Part shown: positions 53,898 to 64,000 of the stretch, piece after piece | Layout: each line of letters starts with the position of its first letter | Numbering within the stretch: the stretch's first letter is position 1 | Source of the DNA: Candidatus Calidihabitans tengchongensis | GTDB lineage: Bacteria; Sysuimicrobiota; Sysuimicrobiia; Sysuimicrobiales; Kaftiobacteriaceae | DNA: 64,000 nt | Direction of reading: 5' to 3' | Assembly: GCA_031459615.1 (NCBI GenBank) | Contig: JAVKIE010000009.1 | Span: forward strand, 8,291 to 72,290 | The notes under the pieces: generated by a model | Database searches by the model: none | Seen by the model: only the letters and a program-made list of their open reading frames with translations | Told to the model about the DNA's origin: nothing | Program-made: the position numbers and the translations under genes

Positions 53898-56279
53898 ATG
53901 AGTGCGCGGCGCCACTCGCTGGATCCGGGCGCGATATTTGACGACCCCCAGCGGACGTTTCTTCCCCTGGGGCGGGTGGTGGCGGTCCGTCCGCGGCGTG
54001 ACGGCGCGGACCTGCGCGTCCAGGTGGGCGGGCAGGAGATCGCCGCCCGCATCGCGTGCGTCAGCGACGAGATCGTCCGCCTCCGCATTCCGGTCGTCGC
54101 ACGGCCGTCGGCCCTGCTGGCGGAGCCTGTGGCGCAGGCCCGGGTGCGGACCCGGGTGGACCGGCGAACGGTCTCGGTCCACACTGCGGCCCTGACGGTG
54201 GAACTGGAACGCGCGCCGTGGCGGCTGCGGGTGCTGGACCGCCGGGGCCGGCCGGTGTTTTCCGAGCTGGCCGACCGGGACTTTGACGGCTACATCACCT
54301 CTCCCACCGGGCTGGCCGTCCACCAGCCCTCCGGCGCCCGGCACGCGTACCTGACGTTCGCCCTGGGCGCCGCCGAGGAGTTCGTCGGTCTGGGCGAGCG
54401 CTACGGCCCCATCGGCCGGCGGGGGCTGCGGACCGTGCTGTGGTGCACCGACACCCACGGGACCAACTCCACGGACCTGGTCTACACGCCCGTGCCGTTC
54501 GTCATGAGCACGGCGGGCTACGGGATGTTCATCCACACCACCGCCCGCACGGTGGTGGACCTGGGCGCCTATTCGGTGGTGTCGGGGTGGGCCTACGTGG
54601 AGGAGCCGTGCCTGGATGTCTTCCTCATCTACGGTCCCACCCTGGCCGAGATCCTCCGCCGCTACCTGGACCTGACGGGACGCCCGGCGCTGCCGCCCCG
54701 CTGGTCGTTCGGGGTGTGGATGTCCCGGTGCATGTACCGGTCCCGGCGCGAGGTGGAGCAGGTGGTCCGCCAGGCCCGCCGGCGGGGATTTCCCCTGGAC
54801 GTGGTGCACCTGGACCCTCTGTGGCTGGCCGGCCGGTCCGCCCGCGACTACGACAGCTGCGACCTGCGCTGGGATGAGCGGGCCTTCCCCCGGCCGGGGG
54901 AGTTCATCCGCTGGCTGCGCCGCCAGGGCGTGCGGCTGTCCCTGTGGGAGAATCCGTACTTTCCCATGGACAGCCCCCGCTACGCCCCGGCGGCCCGGCG
55001 CGGCTACTTCCTGCGCACCACCCGGGGGGAGGTGGCGCGCTTCCGCGGGCGGGAGGCGGCCATCGTGGACTTCACCCACCCGGGGGCCCGGCGGTGGTAC
55101 GCGGGGCTGCACCGGCCGCTGCTGCGGGCGGGCGTGGCCGTCTTCAAGACCGACTACGGGGAGGAGGTGCCCGAGGACGCCATCGCCCACGACGGCACCC
55201 CCGGCGCGCTCCTCCACAACGTCTACCCGCTCCTGTACACCCGCACGGTCTTCGAGGCGACCGCGGAGGTCAGCGCGCAGCCCCTGGTCTGGGCCCGCAG
55301 CGGGTGGGCGGGGTCCCAGCGGTACCCGGTCCACTGGTCGGGGGACGCCCCCTCGCGCTGGGATGTGCTCCCGGCGGTGATGGGCAGCGGGCTGTCGCTG
55401 GCCCTGTCGGGGTTTGCCTTCTGGAGCCACGATATCGGCGGCTTCTACGGCTTGCGCGACCCGGACCTGCTGGTGCGGTGGGCCCAGCTGGGGTTGCTGT
55501 CCAGCCACGCCCGCTTTCACGGCACCGAGCCGCGGGAGCCGTGGCGGTACGGCCCGCGCGCCTTCCGGATCATCCGCCGCTACGCCCGGCTGCGGATGCG
55601 GCTGCTGCCGTACCTGTACACCGAGGCGGCGGCGGCGGTGGCGGCGGGGGCGCCGCTGATGCGCCCGCTCATCCTGGACTTCCAGGACGATCCCACCACC
55701 TGGCGCATCAGCGACCAGTACCTGCTGGGCCGGTCGCTGCTGATCGCTCCGGTCCTCACCCCCGACGGACGGCGGTGGGTCTACCTGCCCTCCGGACAGT
55801 GGTGGGACTTCTGGCGCCACACGCGTCACAGCGGCCCGCGGTGGGTGCACCTGGAGGTCCCGCTGGAGGAGGTTCCCGTCTTTGTCCGGGACGGAACGAT
55901 CGTGCCCCTGGGGCCGGAGGTGGAGCACTCCGGGCAGGCCGACCACCCGCTGACCTTCCAGGTGCGCCTGACGGACGCGGCCTCCGGCGAGGTGCTGACC
56001 ACCCGCGGGCGCGTGGCGGTGGCCGCGCGCGCCGTGGGGGACCGCCTGGAGGCGGCGGTGCGCGGCGGGCGGGGCGACCACGTGCTGGTGTGGGTCGGCG
56101 CGCGGGCCGCCGGGGCGCGGCTGACCGGGCGGGGCCGCCTGGTGGGGGTGCGGCAGCGACCGGAGGGAACCGAGGTGGCCGTCCGCGCCGCGGGCCCGTA
56201 CCGGGTGATCCTCACCGCCCGCCGCGGGATCGAGGCGGCCCCGTCAGGGAGCGGCGGGGCGCGGCGCGAACGCGCCTGA
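53898..56279 (+). CDS. Glycoside hydrolase family 31 (alpha-glucosidase / alpha-xylosidase-like).
   Basis: The catalytic-region motifs GVWMS, VFKTDYGE and WSGD are present, and the length fits GH31. Confidence 0.85.
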   Translation: MSARRHSLDPGAIFDDPQRTFLPLGRVVAVRPRRDGADLRVQVGGQEIAARIACVSDEIVRLRIPVVARPSALLAEPVAQARVRTRVDRRTVSVHTAALTVELERAPWRLRVLDRRGRPVFSELADRDFDGYITSPTGLAVHQPSGARHAYLTFALGAAEEFVGLGERYGPIGRRGLRTVLWCTDTHGTNSTDLVYTPVPFVMSTAGYGMFIHTTARTVVDLGAYSVVSGWAYVEEPCLDVFLIYGPTLAEILRRYLDLTGRPALPPRWSFGVWMSRCMYRSRREVEQVVRQARRRGFPLDVVHLDPLWLAGRSARDYDSCDLRWDERAFPRPGEFIRWLRRQGVRLSLWENPYFPMDSPRYAPAARRGYFLRTTRGEVARFRGREAAIVDFTHPGARRWYAGLHRPLLRAGVAVFKTDYGEEVPEDAIAHDGTPGALLHNVYPLLYTRTVFEATAEVSAQPLVWARSGWAGSQRYPVHWSGDAPSRWDVLPAVMGSGLSLALSGFAFWSHDIGGFYGLRDPDLLVRWAQLGLLSSHARFHGTEPREPWRYGPRAFRIIRRYARLRMRLLPYLYTEAAAAVAAGAPLMRPLILDFQDDPTTWRISDQYLLGRSLLIAPVLTPDGRRWVYLPSGQWWDFWRHTRHSGPRWVHLEVPLEEVPVFVRDGTIVPLGPEVEHSGQADHPLTFQVRLTDAASGEVLTTRGRVAVAARAVGDRLEAAVRGGRGDHVLVWVGARAAGARLTGRGRLVGVRQRPEGTEVAVRAAGPYRVILTARRGIEAAPSGSGGARRERA

Positions 56280-56329
56280 GAGGGCCTCTCGCGCATGCGG
56301 GAGGAGATGACGGTCGAGGAGGGTGGAAC

Positions 56330-57229
56330 GTGAACCGCGAGCGCATCGGATTCATCGGGCTGGGGATCATGGGCAAGCCCATGGCCCGCAACCTGCTGCG
56401 GGCGGGGTTCCCGCTGACCGTGCACAATCGCAGTCGCGCGCCGGTGGAGGAGATGGTGGCGGCCGGCGCCCGGGACGGCGGCTCGCCCCGCGGGGTGGCC
56501 GAGGCCAGCGACATCGTCATCACCATGCTGCCGGATTCCCCGGACGTGCAGCAGGTGGTCCTGGGTCCCGACGGCGTGCTGGAGGGGCTGCGGGCGGACG
56601 GCGTGCTGGTGGACATGAGCACCATCTCGCCCCTGGTGACCCGCGAGATCGCCCAGGCGGTGCGCGCACGCGGCGCCCACATGCTGGACGCGCCGGTCAG
56701 CGGCGGCGAACGCGGCGCGATCGAGGCCACCCTGTCCATCATGGTGGGCGGGCCGGCGGAGGTGGTGGCCCGCGTGCGGCCGGTCTTCGAGGCGTTGGGC
56801 AAGAACATCGTGCACATCGGCGACATCGGGGCCGGGCAGGTGGCCAAGGCGTGCAACCAGATCGTGGTGGCGCTGACCATCCAGGCGGTAAGCGAGGCCC
56901 TCACCCTGGCGGCCAAGGCGGGGGTGGATCCCGCCCGGGTGCGCCAGGCGCTGCTGGGCGGGTTCGCCCAGAGCCGCGTCCTGGAACTGCACGGCCAGCG
57001 GATGCTGGACCGCAACTTCACCCCGGGGTTCCGGGTGCGCCTGCACCAGAAAGACCTGAACATCGCCCTGTCGGCGGGCAAGTCCCTGGGCGTGCCGCTG
57101 CCGGCCACCGCGGTGGTGCAGGAAGCCTTCACGGCGCTGCGGGGGCTGGACCGCAGCGACTGGGACCACTCGGCGCTGGTGACCCTGCTGGAGACCCTGG
57201 CGGGGGTGGAGGTGCGGGCCCCGTCCTGA
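56330..57229 (+). CDS. NAD(P)-dependent beta-hydroxyacid dehydrogenase (2-hydroxy-3-oxopropionate reductase / 3-hydroxyisobutyrate dehydrogenase family).
   Basis: IGFIGLGIMGKPMARNL Rossmann N-terminus and the family-typical C-terminal domain. Confidence 0.8.
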   Translation: MNRERIGFIGLGIMGKPMARNLLRAGFPLTVHNRSRAPVEEMVAAGARDGGSPRGVAEASDIVITMLPDSPDVQQVVLGPDGVLEGLRADGVLVDMSTISPLVTREIAQAVRARGAHMLDAPVSGGERGAIEATLSIMVGGPAEVVARVRPVFEALGKNIVHIGDIGAGQVAKACNQIVVALTIQAVSEALTLAAKAGVDPARVRQALLGGFAQSRVLELHGQRMLDRNFTPGFRVRLHQKDLNIALSAGKSLGVPLPATAVVQEAFTALRGLDRSDWDHSALVTLLETLAGVEVRAPS

Positions 57230-57545
57230 GGCGGGCGAACACGAGAGGCGCGGTCGGCCGCGGCGTTTCACCGTCTTCGGCCGCGCCGCCGGTTCTTACT
57301 GCCTGCAGCTCCTCTCCGGGATTACTCCCGAAGTGAAGTCCTGCGGCTGTCAGAGTCCACGTGCGGCGGCGTTTGAGTCGGCTACTTTGCCGCGCTCTCC
57401 GCGCCTCTCGCCGTCACGCTACCACCGCTGCCGGTGCCGGTCAATCGGGAACGGCTGTTTTGAGCCTGTGGATAGTGTGCGCGGTGTGGACGGCTGGCGA
57501 TCCTGCCAGGAGACGGCCGCGGCCAGCGAGAACAGCCCGGGCGGG

Positions 57546-59114
57546 ATGCACGTCGCCACCGCCGCGGAGATCGCCGAGCTGGACCGCCGGGCCGCCCAGC
57601 AGTTCGGGGTGACGGTGTCCCAGCTGATGGACGCCGCCGGGCGGCGGGTGGCCCAGCTGGTCGCGGAGATGCTCCGCCAGCGCGGAGGCCGGACGGTGGT
57701 CGTCCTGGCCGGGCGGGGGCACAACGGCGGAGACGGCCTGGCCGCGGCCCGCCACCTGCGCGCGGCCGGGGCGGACGTGGCGGTGGTGCTGGCGGCTCCG
57801 GCCCGGGACTTCCAGGGGGAACCGGCCCGCATGCTGGAGGCGGCCGTCGGCGCGGGCGTGGCGGTGCGCGAGGCCACGGATGTGTCCGTGGACGCGGTCC
57901 TCGCCTCCGGCGACCTGGTGGTGGACGCCCTGACCGGCACGGGGTTCCGCGGCCCGGCCCGGGGCGTGGTGGCATCGCTGATCGAGGCTGCCGGGCGCTG
58001 CCGGGCGCCCGTGGTGGCCGTGGACGTGCCCTCGGGCGTGGACGCCGATACCGGACGCTGCGACGGTCCGTGCGTGCGGGCGGCGGCCACCGTCACCATG
58101 GGGTGGCTCAAGCCCGGCCTGCTCCTGTATCCGGGCGCGGAGATGGCCGGGGACGTGTACGTGGCCGACATCGGCTACCCGGAGCCTCTGCGCCGCGATC
58201 CGGGCCTGCGCACTCACCTGGTGGATAGCGCCATGGTCCGCGCCCTGCTGCCGCCGCGCCGGCCCGACTCTCACAAGGGCACCTACGGCCGGGTTCTGGT
58301 GGTGGCCGGATCGGTGGGCTTCACCGGGGCCGCCGTGCTGGCCACCCGGGGAGCCCTGCGCGCGGGGGCGGGGCTGGTGACCGTCGCCGTGCCGCAGTCG
58401 GTCTATCCCATCGTGGCCTCTCAGGTGACCGAGGGGATGCCGACGCCGCTGGCCGACGAGGGCGGCGCCCTGGGTCCGGCCTGTCTGGTCCGCCTGGAGG
58501 AGCTGGCCGACGCCGCGGACGTCGTGGCCGTCGGACCGGGACTGTCGCGGACGGCCGGCGTGGCGGCGGTTGTGGAGTTCCTTCTGGGATGCGGGCGGCC
58601 GCTGGTCGCCGACGCCGACGCGCTCAACGTCCTGGCCGGGAGGGCGGAGGCGCTGGCCCGGGCCCGGGGGCCGCTGGTCATCACCCCGCATCCCGGAGAA
58701 CTGGGACGCCTGGTGGGGCGGTCCGCGGCGGAGATCCAGCGGGATCGCCTGGGATCGGCCCGGTCGGCCTCCGAGAGGTTCCGCTGTGTGGTGGTGCTGA
58801 AGGGCGCCCGCACGGTGGTCGCCGCCCCGGACGGACGCGCGTGGATCGTGCCGACGGGCAACCCCGGGATGGCCACGGGGGGGATGGGCGACGTCCTGAC
58901 CGGCGCGGTGGCGGCGCTGCTGGGCCAGGGGCGCGATCCCGCCGAGGCCGCCTACGGCGCCGCCTACCTGCACGGGCTGGCGGCCGACCTCCTGGCCGCC
59001 GGGCGCGGCCAGGCGGGGATGCTGGCGTCGGAGGTGGCCGACGGGCTGCCCGCCGCCATCGCCGCGGTGCAGGCCGGCCGGGTCGCGGATCCGGTGCGGG
59101 TGCTGGACGACTGA
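57546..59114 (+). CDS. nnr: Bifunctional NAD(P)H-hydrate repair enzyme (YjeF-N epimerase plus YjeF-C dehydratase).
   Basis: LAGRGHNGGDGLAAAR (N domain) and KGTYGRVLVVAGS...GMATGGMGDVLTG (C-terminal carbohydrate-kinase-like domain). Confidence 0.85.
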   Translation: MHVATAAEIAELDRRAAQQFGVTVSQLMDAAGRRVAQLVAEMLRQRGGRTVVVLAGRGHNGGDGLAAARHLRAAGADVAVVLAAPARDFQGEPARMLEAAVGAGVAVREATDVSVDAVLASGDLVVDALTGTGFRGPARGVVASLIEAAGRCRAPVVAVDVPSGVDADTGRCDGPCVRAAATVTMGWLKPGLLLYPGAEMAGDVYVADIGYPEPLRRDPGLRTHLVDSAMVRALLPPRRPDSHKGTYGRVLVVAGSVGFTGAAVLATRGALRAGAGLVTVAVPQSVYPIVASQVTEGMPTPLADEGGALGPACLVRLEELADAADVVAVGPGLSRTAGVAAVVEFLLGCGRPLVADADALNVLAGRAEALARARGPLVITPHPGELGRLVGRSAAEIQRDRLGSARSASERFRCVVVLKGARTVVAAPDGRAWIVPTGNPGMATGGMGDVLTGAVAALLGQGRDPAEAAYGAAYLHGLAADLLAAGRGQAGMLASEVADGLPAAIAAVQAGRVADPVRVLDD

Positions 59115-59190
59115 GGGCGTTTCCCGCCCCAAACCACCTTCGGCCATGGGACTTCACCCGTGGGTACCTTCACCCGTCAACCCTGAGCCT

Positions 59191-60372
<1,182 letters not shown>

Positions 60373-60524
60373 CAGGATGTCCTGTTCGCTCCCGTCCCCG
60401 CCGCTCCCGCCGGAGGAGACGCCCCGCCGGAGAAGAATACTCCCGGTGGATTTCCCGACTGCCACGCGTGACAACGACGCGCCCGCGCGCGGTCGACACA
60501 GACGAGAGGGGGGAGTGTCCGCCT

Positions 60525-61787
60525 ATGGGACGCAGAAGCCTGCTCTCCGGCGTGGTCAGTGTCGTGGTCCTGGCCGTCCTCCTGGGCGGCCTGCCGGTCG
60601 CCCGGGCCGGGCCGGCCGCCAAGCTGGAAATCTTCTCCTGGTGGACCACCGGCGGGGAGGCGGCGGGCCTGCTGAAGCTGTTCGACCTCTACCGCAAGCA
60701 GTACCCCGGCGTGGAGATCATCAACGCCACCGTGGCCGGCGGCGCCGGCTTCGAGGCCAAGCCGGCGCTGAAGGCACGGATGCTGGGCGGTGACCCGCCG
60801 GACTCCTTCCAGGTCCACATGGGGCGGGAACTGATCGACACCTGGGTGGTCACCGGGTACATGGAGCCCCTGGACGACCTGTACCGCTCCGAGGGGTGGG
60901 AGCGGGTGTTCCCCCGGGGCGTGCTGGAGCTGCTGCGCTACCGCGCCAGCTACTGGTCGGTGCCGGTCAACATCCACCGGGCCAACGTCCTGTGGTACAA
61001 CCGGAAGGTCTTCCAGGCCAACGGCTGGCGCCCGCCGACCACCTTCGACGAGTTCTTCGCCCTGGCCGAGCGGATGAAGGCCAAGGGCATCACCCCCCTG
61101 GCCCTGGGCGATGTGGGGATCTGGGCGTCGGTGCACCTGTTTGAGGTGGTCCTGGCGGGGTCCATGAGCCCCCAGGCCTACAAGGGGCTGTGGACCGGCG
61201 CCACCAGCTGGACCGGCCCGGAGGTGCGCCGGGCGCTGCAGACCATGGCCCGCATGCTGCAGTACGTGAATCCCGACCACGCGGCCCTGTCCTGGGACCA
61301 GGCCAACGACCTGGTGATCCAGGGCAAGGCGGGCATGACCATCATGGGGGACTGGGTGGACGCCGACAACCTGGCCAAGGGATTCAAGGACTCCGGATGG
61401 GCGCCTCCGCCCGGCACCCGCGGGGTGTTCGTGGCCCTGTCGGACACCTTCGGGCTGCCCAAGAAGGCCCCCCACCGCGTCCAGGCCGTCAACTGGCTGC
61501 GGCTGGTGGGCAGCAAGGCCGGCCAGGAGGCGTTCAACCCGGTCAAGGGGTCCATCTGCGCCCGCAGCGACTGCAACCCGCAGCTGTTCGGCCCCTACCT
61601 GCGCTCGGCGATGCAGGACTGGGCCAAGGACGCCATCGTGCCCAGCCTGGCCCACGGCGCCGCCGCATCGGAGACGTGGGTGACGATGATCAACGACGTG
61701 ATGACCGCCTTCGTCAACGACCGGGACGTGGCCAAGGCCCAGGCCGGGTTTGCCAAGGCCTGCCGGGACGCCGGCGTGTGCAAGTAG
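60525..61787 (+). CDS. CUT1-type ABC sugar substrate-binding protein.
   Basis: Signal peptide MGRRSLLSGVVSVVVLAVLLGGLPVARA with an upstream purine-rich SD. Confidence 0.8.
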   Translation: MGRRSLLSGVVSVVVLAVLLGGLPVARAGPAAKLEIFSWWTTGGEAAGLLKLFDLYRKQYPGVEIINATVAGGAGFEAKPALKARMLGGDPPDSFQVHMGRELIDTWVVTGYMEPLDDLYRSEGWERVFPRGVLELLRYRASYWSVPVNIHRANVLWYNRKVFQANGWRPPTTFDEFFALAERMKAKGITPLALGDVGIWASVHLFEVVLAGSMSPQAYKGLWTGATSWTGPEVRRALQTMARMLQYVNPDHAALSWDQANDLVIQGKAGMTIMGDWVDADNLAKGFKDSGWAPPPGTRGVFVALSDTFGLPKKAPHRVQAVNWLRLVGSKAGQEAFNPVKGSICARSDCNPQLFGPYLRSAMQDWAKDAIVPSLAHGAAASETWVTMINDVMTAFVNDRDVAKAQAGFAKACRDAGVCK

Positions 61788-61810
61788 GCCCGCCGGCGGA
61801 CCCGGACGCG

Positions 61811-61843
61811 GGAAGGCGGCCCCACAGGGCCGCCTTCCGTTTT
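61811..61843 (+). terminator. Intrinsic terminator or attenuator between the SBP gene and the permease genes.
   Basis: Perfect 12-bp stem ggaaggcggccc/gggccgccttcc with a caca loop, then gTTTTcc. Confidence 0.65.
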
Positions 61844-61860
61844 CCGCGAAGAAGACCACC

Positions 61861-62841
61861 ATGCGTCTGTCGGACCGGGCGGTGGCCTGGGCCCTGATCG
61901 TGCCCTCCCTGGCGGCGGTGGGGGTGTTCGTCTACGGTTTCATCGGCTGGACCGCGTGGGTGTCCCTGACCAACTGGGCCGGGCTGCGCCCCCAGCTGGC
62001 ATGGGTGGGGGTGGCCAACTACCTCAGCCTGTTCCAGACTGCGCGATTTCAGATCGACCTGCGCAACACCGTGGTGTTCACGATCCTGCTGGTAGCGGCC
62101 TGCATGACCCTGGGGCTGGGCCTGGCCATCCTGCTGGACCGGGGCGTGCGGGGAGAGGGCGTCTTCCGGACCCTGTACCTGTTTCCCCTGGCCATCTCGT
62201 TCATCGTGACCGGGGTCGCCTGGCGGTGGCTGCTGGCCCCGGGCGACCCGGCCACCGGACGCCTGACCGGGATCAACGTCCTGCTGGCCCGGGTGGGGCT
62301 CCCGCCCCTGCGGTGGTATACGGACCCCACCATCCTGCACATCCACCCCGACAGCGCCGTGGGCCGGCTGCTGGACCAGATCGGTCTGGGAGGGCTGGCC
62401 AGCCCTCTGTGGGGCATCCCGGTGGCCATGCTCTCGGTGGTCATCGCTGCCACCTGGCAGATGTCCGGCTTCGTGATGGCCCTGTACCTGGCGGCCCTGC
62501 GCAGCGTGCCCGACGAACTGCGGGAGGCGGCCCGCATCGACGGGGCCAGCGAGTGGGCGGTCTACCGGTTCGTGCTGCTGCCGTCCATCCGCCCGGTCAC
62601 CCTCAGCGCCCTGATCGTGCTGGGGCACATCTCCCTGAAGATCTTCGACCTGGTGGCCGCCATGAGCAAGCGGGGGCCGGGGTTCGCCACCGACGTGCCG
62701 GCCTACTTCATGTTCGAGGCCACCTTCCACGGCGACCAGTACGCCCTGGGAGCCTCCATCGCCATCGTCATGCTGGTGGCCGTCAGCCTGCTGACCGTCC
62801 CCTACCTGGTCTCGGGAGCCCGGCGGGAGGTGCAGCCGTGA
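61861..62841 (+). CDS. ABC sugar permease (MalF/UgpA type).
   Basis: TM helices; EAARIDGA EAA loop. Confidence 0.85.
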   Translation: MRLSDRAVAWALIVPSLAAVGVFVYGFIGWTAWVSLTNWAGLRPQLAWVGVANYLSLFQTARFQIDLRNTVVFTILLVAACMTLGLGLAILLDRGVRGEGVFRTLYLFPLAISFIVTGVAWRWLLAPGDPATGRLTGINVLLARVGLPPLRWYTDPTILHIHPDSAVGRLLDQIGLGGLASPLWGIPVAMLSVVIAATWQMSGFVMALYLAALRSVPDELREAARIDGASEWAVYRFVLLPSIRPVTLSALIVLGHISLKIFDLVAAMSKRGPGFATDVPAYFMFEATFHGDQYALGASIAIVMLVAVSLLTVPYLVSGARREVQP

Positions 62842-63776
62842 GGCGGCCGGCCGGCCCGGCGCCGGCGGCGACCCTGTCGCCCGCGGCGGTCATCCCCCGG
62901 ATGGCGGCCGGGGCCCTGGGCCGCGCGCTGGTGTACCTGCCCCTGCTGGCGGCGGCGGCGTTCTACGCCCTGCCGGTCTACCTGCTGCTGATCACGGGCC
63001 TGAAGTCCTACGCCGAGGCGGGGCTGGACCGCATGTGGCACCTGCCGTCCACCGTCAGCCTGGACAGCTTCCGGCAGGCCTACCGGCAGCTCCAGCCCCA
63101 CGTGCTGAACAGCGTGGCGCTGACCGTGCCGGCGTCGGTGATCTCCTCCTTCGTGGGATCCCTCAACGGCTTCGTGCTGGCCAAGGGCCGCCTGCGGGGA
63201 TCGGACCTGATCTTCCCCCTGCTGCTGTTCGGGATGTTCATCCCCTACCAGAGCATCCTCATTCCCCTCGTGCGGACCCTGCAGCGGGTCAACGCGCTGG
63301 CGGAGGCTGTGGGCGTCCCCCCGGGCCTGAGCGGGCTGGTGCCGGGGTATGGGTCTATCGCAGGGCTGGCGTTCGTGCACATCGTCTACGGCATTCCCAT
63401 CACGACCTTGATCTTTCGGAACTACTACGCCACAATTCCCGACGAGCTGGTGGATGCCGCCCGGGTGGACGGCGCCGGCCTGCTGGGCATCTACGGCCGG
63501 GTGCTGCTGCCGCTGTCCCTGCCCGCGTTCGCGGTGGTCCTGATCTGGCAGTTCACCTCCATCTGGAACGAGTTTCTGTTCGCCGTGGTCCTGACCCAGA
63601 AGCCGGCCGTGCGGCCGGTGACGGTGGCCCTGTACAATCTGGCGGGCAGCTACATCGTGGAGTGGAACGTGCAGATGGCGGGAGCGCTGCTGGCCGCGCT
63701 GCCGACGCTGCTGGTCTACATCCTGCTGGGCCGTTACTTCCTCCGCGGGCTGCTGGCGGGAGCCCTGCGGGGATAG
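62838..63776 (+). CDS. ABC sugar permease (MalG type).
   Basis: GTGA overlap with the preceding permease; DAARVDGAG EAA loop. Confidence 0.85.
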   Translation: MRRPAGPAPAATLSPAAVIPRMAAGALGRALVYLPLLAAAAFYALPVYLLLITGLKSYAEAGLDRMWHLPSTVSLDSFRQAYRQLQPHVLNSVALTVPASVISSFVGSLNGFVLAKGRLRGSDLIFPLLLFGMFIPYQSILIPLVRTLQRVNALAEAVGVPPGLSGLVPGYGSIAGLAFVHIVYGIPITTLIFRNYYATIPDELVDAARVDGAGLLGIYGRVLLPLSLPAFAVVLIWQFTSIWNEFLFAVVLTQKPAVRPVTVALYNLAGSYIVEWNVQMAGALLAALPTLLVYILLGRYFLRGLLAGALRG

Positions 63777-63803
63777 CCGGGCCCGGGCACGGAGGCGCCG
63801 ACC

Positions 63804-64000
<197 letters not shown>

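Noticed and set aside
57245-57300. A hairpin-like sequence after the garR-like stop, considered as a terminator.
   Set aside because: The arms are built from the self-complementary CGGCCG hexamer and do not form a clean extended stem. The downstream T-run is weak.
60373-60474. The TTG-initiated 34-aa N-terminal extension of galK.
   Set aside because: The extension is a Gly/Ser-rich stretch and would leave only 50 bp for the divergent promoter region. The internal ATG gives the canonical galactokinase N-terminus.

Overview
This window is about 70% GC. Nearly every long reverse-frame ORF in the track is a GC-driven shadow, and the real genes are tightly packed, often with ATGA/GTGA/TGATG stop-start overlaps. 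I found no mobile elements, CRISPR arrays, tRNAs or rRNAs.

Gene content, left to right:
- **Envelope glycolipid block (690-8564; divergent gene 8647-10218).** A GT39 ArnT/PMT-like transferase (+) converges on a minus-strand operon of an LpxB-family GT19 protein, an MsbA-like ABC exporter, a GT2 transferase and an O-antigen-ligase/LpxB-related fusion. An LptD/OstA-like secreted protein is transcribed divergently from this operon.
- **Sugar-nucleotide supply and cell-wall genes (10283-16119).** A phosphomannomutase and a sugar-1-phosphate nucleotidyltransferase are followed by two LysM-NlpC/P60 peptidases that bracket rplM-rpsI.
- **One long plus-strand operon (16215-22272).** It reads DUF1611 protein, argF, cdaA, cdaR, glmM and a WecB/TagA glycosyltransferase.
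- **glmS region (22345-25277).** A candidate glmS ribozyme precedes glmS, which is followed by a Trm112-like mini-protein and acpS.
- **Carbohydrate block (25550-46505).** A LacI-family regulator heads a cyclitol/rare-sugar style cluster (Zn-ADH, CUT1 ABC transporter lacking an ATPase, two TIM-barrel sugar-phosphate isomerases, a Gfo/Idh/MocA oxidoreductase and a HAD phosphatase). Downstream are two paralogous FbpABC-type ABC transporters mixed with a creatininase-family amidohydrolase, a TIM-barrel isomerase, a class-I aldolase and a hydroxypyruvate isomerase.
- **Glycerophosphodiester locus (46646-53577).** A complete transporter module (SBP, two permeases, ATPase, two GDPDs) sits next to a decayed ugp/glpP remnant: an orphan ugpE and a glpP truncated to its first 101 codons.
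- **Right end (53898-64000).** A GH31 hydrolase, a GarR-like reductase, an Nnr repair enzyme, galK (minus), another CUT1 transporter (SBP and two permeases) and the 5' end of alr.

The non-coding signals worth noting are:
- a candidate glmS ribozyme;
- a near-consensus sigma-70 promoter for rplM-rpsI;
- five tandem 9-bp repeats abutting the phosphomannomutase start;
- two identical 15-bp palindromes downstream of a lone TATATA box in front of the LacI gene;
- strong stem-loops immediately after four transporter substrate-binding-protein genes;
- an orphan intrinsic-terminator hairpin in a 320-bp gap with no upstream gene.

All calls come from reading the six-frame translations and the DNA by eye. 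I ran no database searches.
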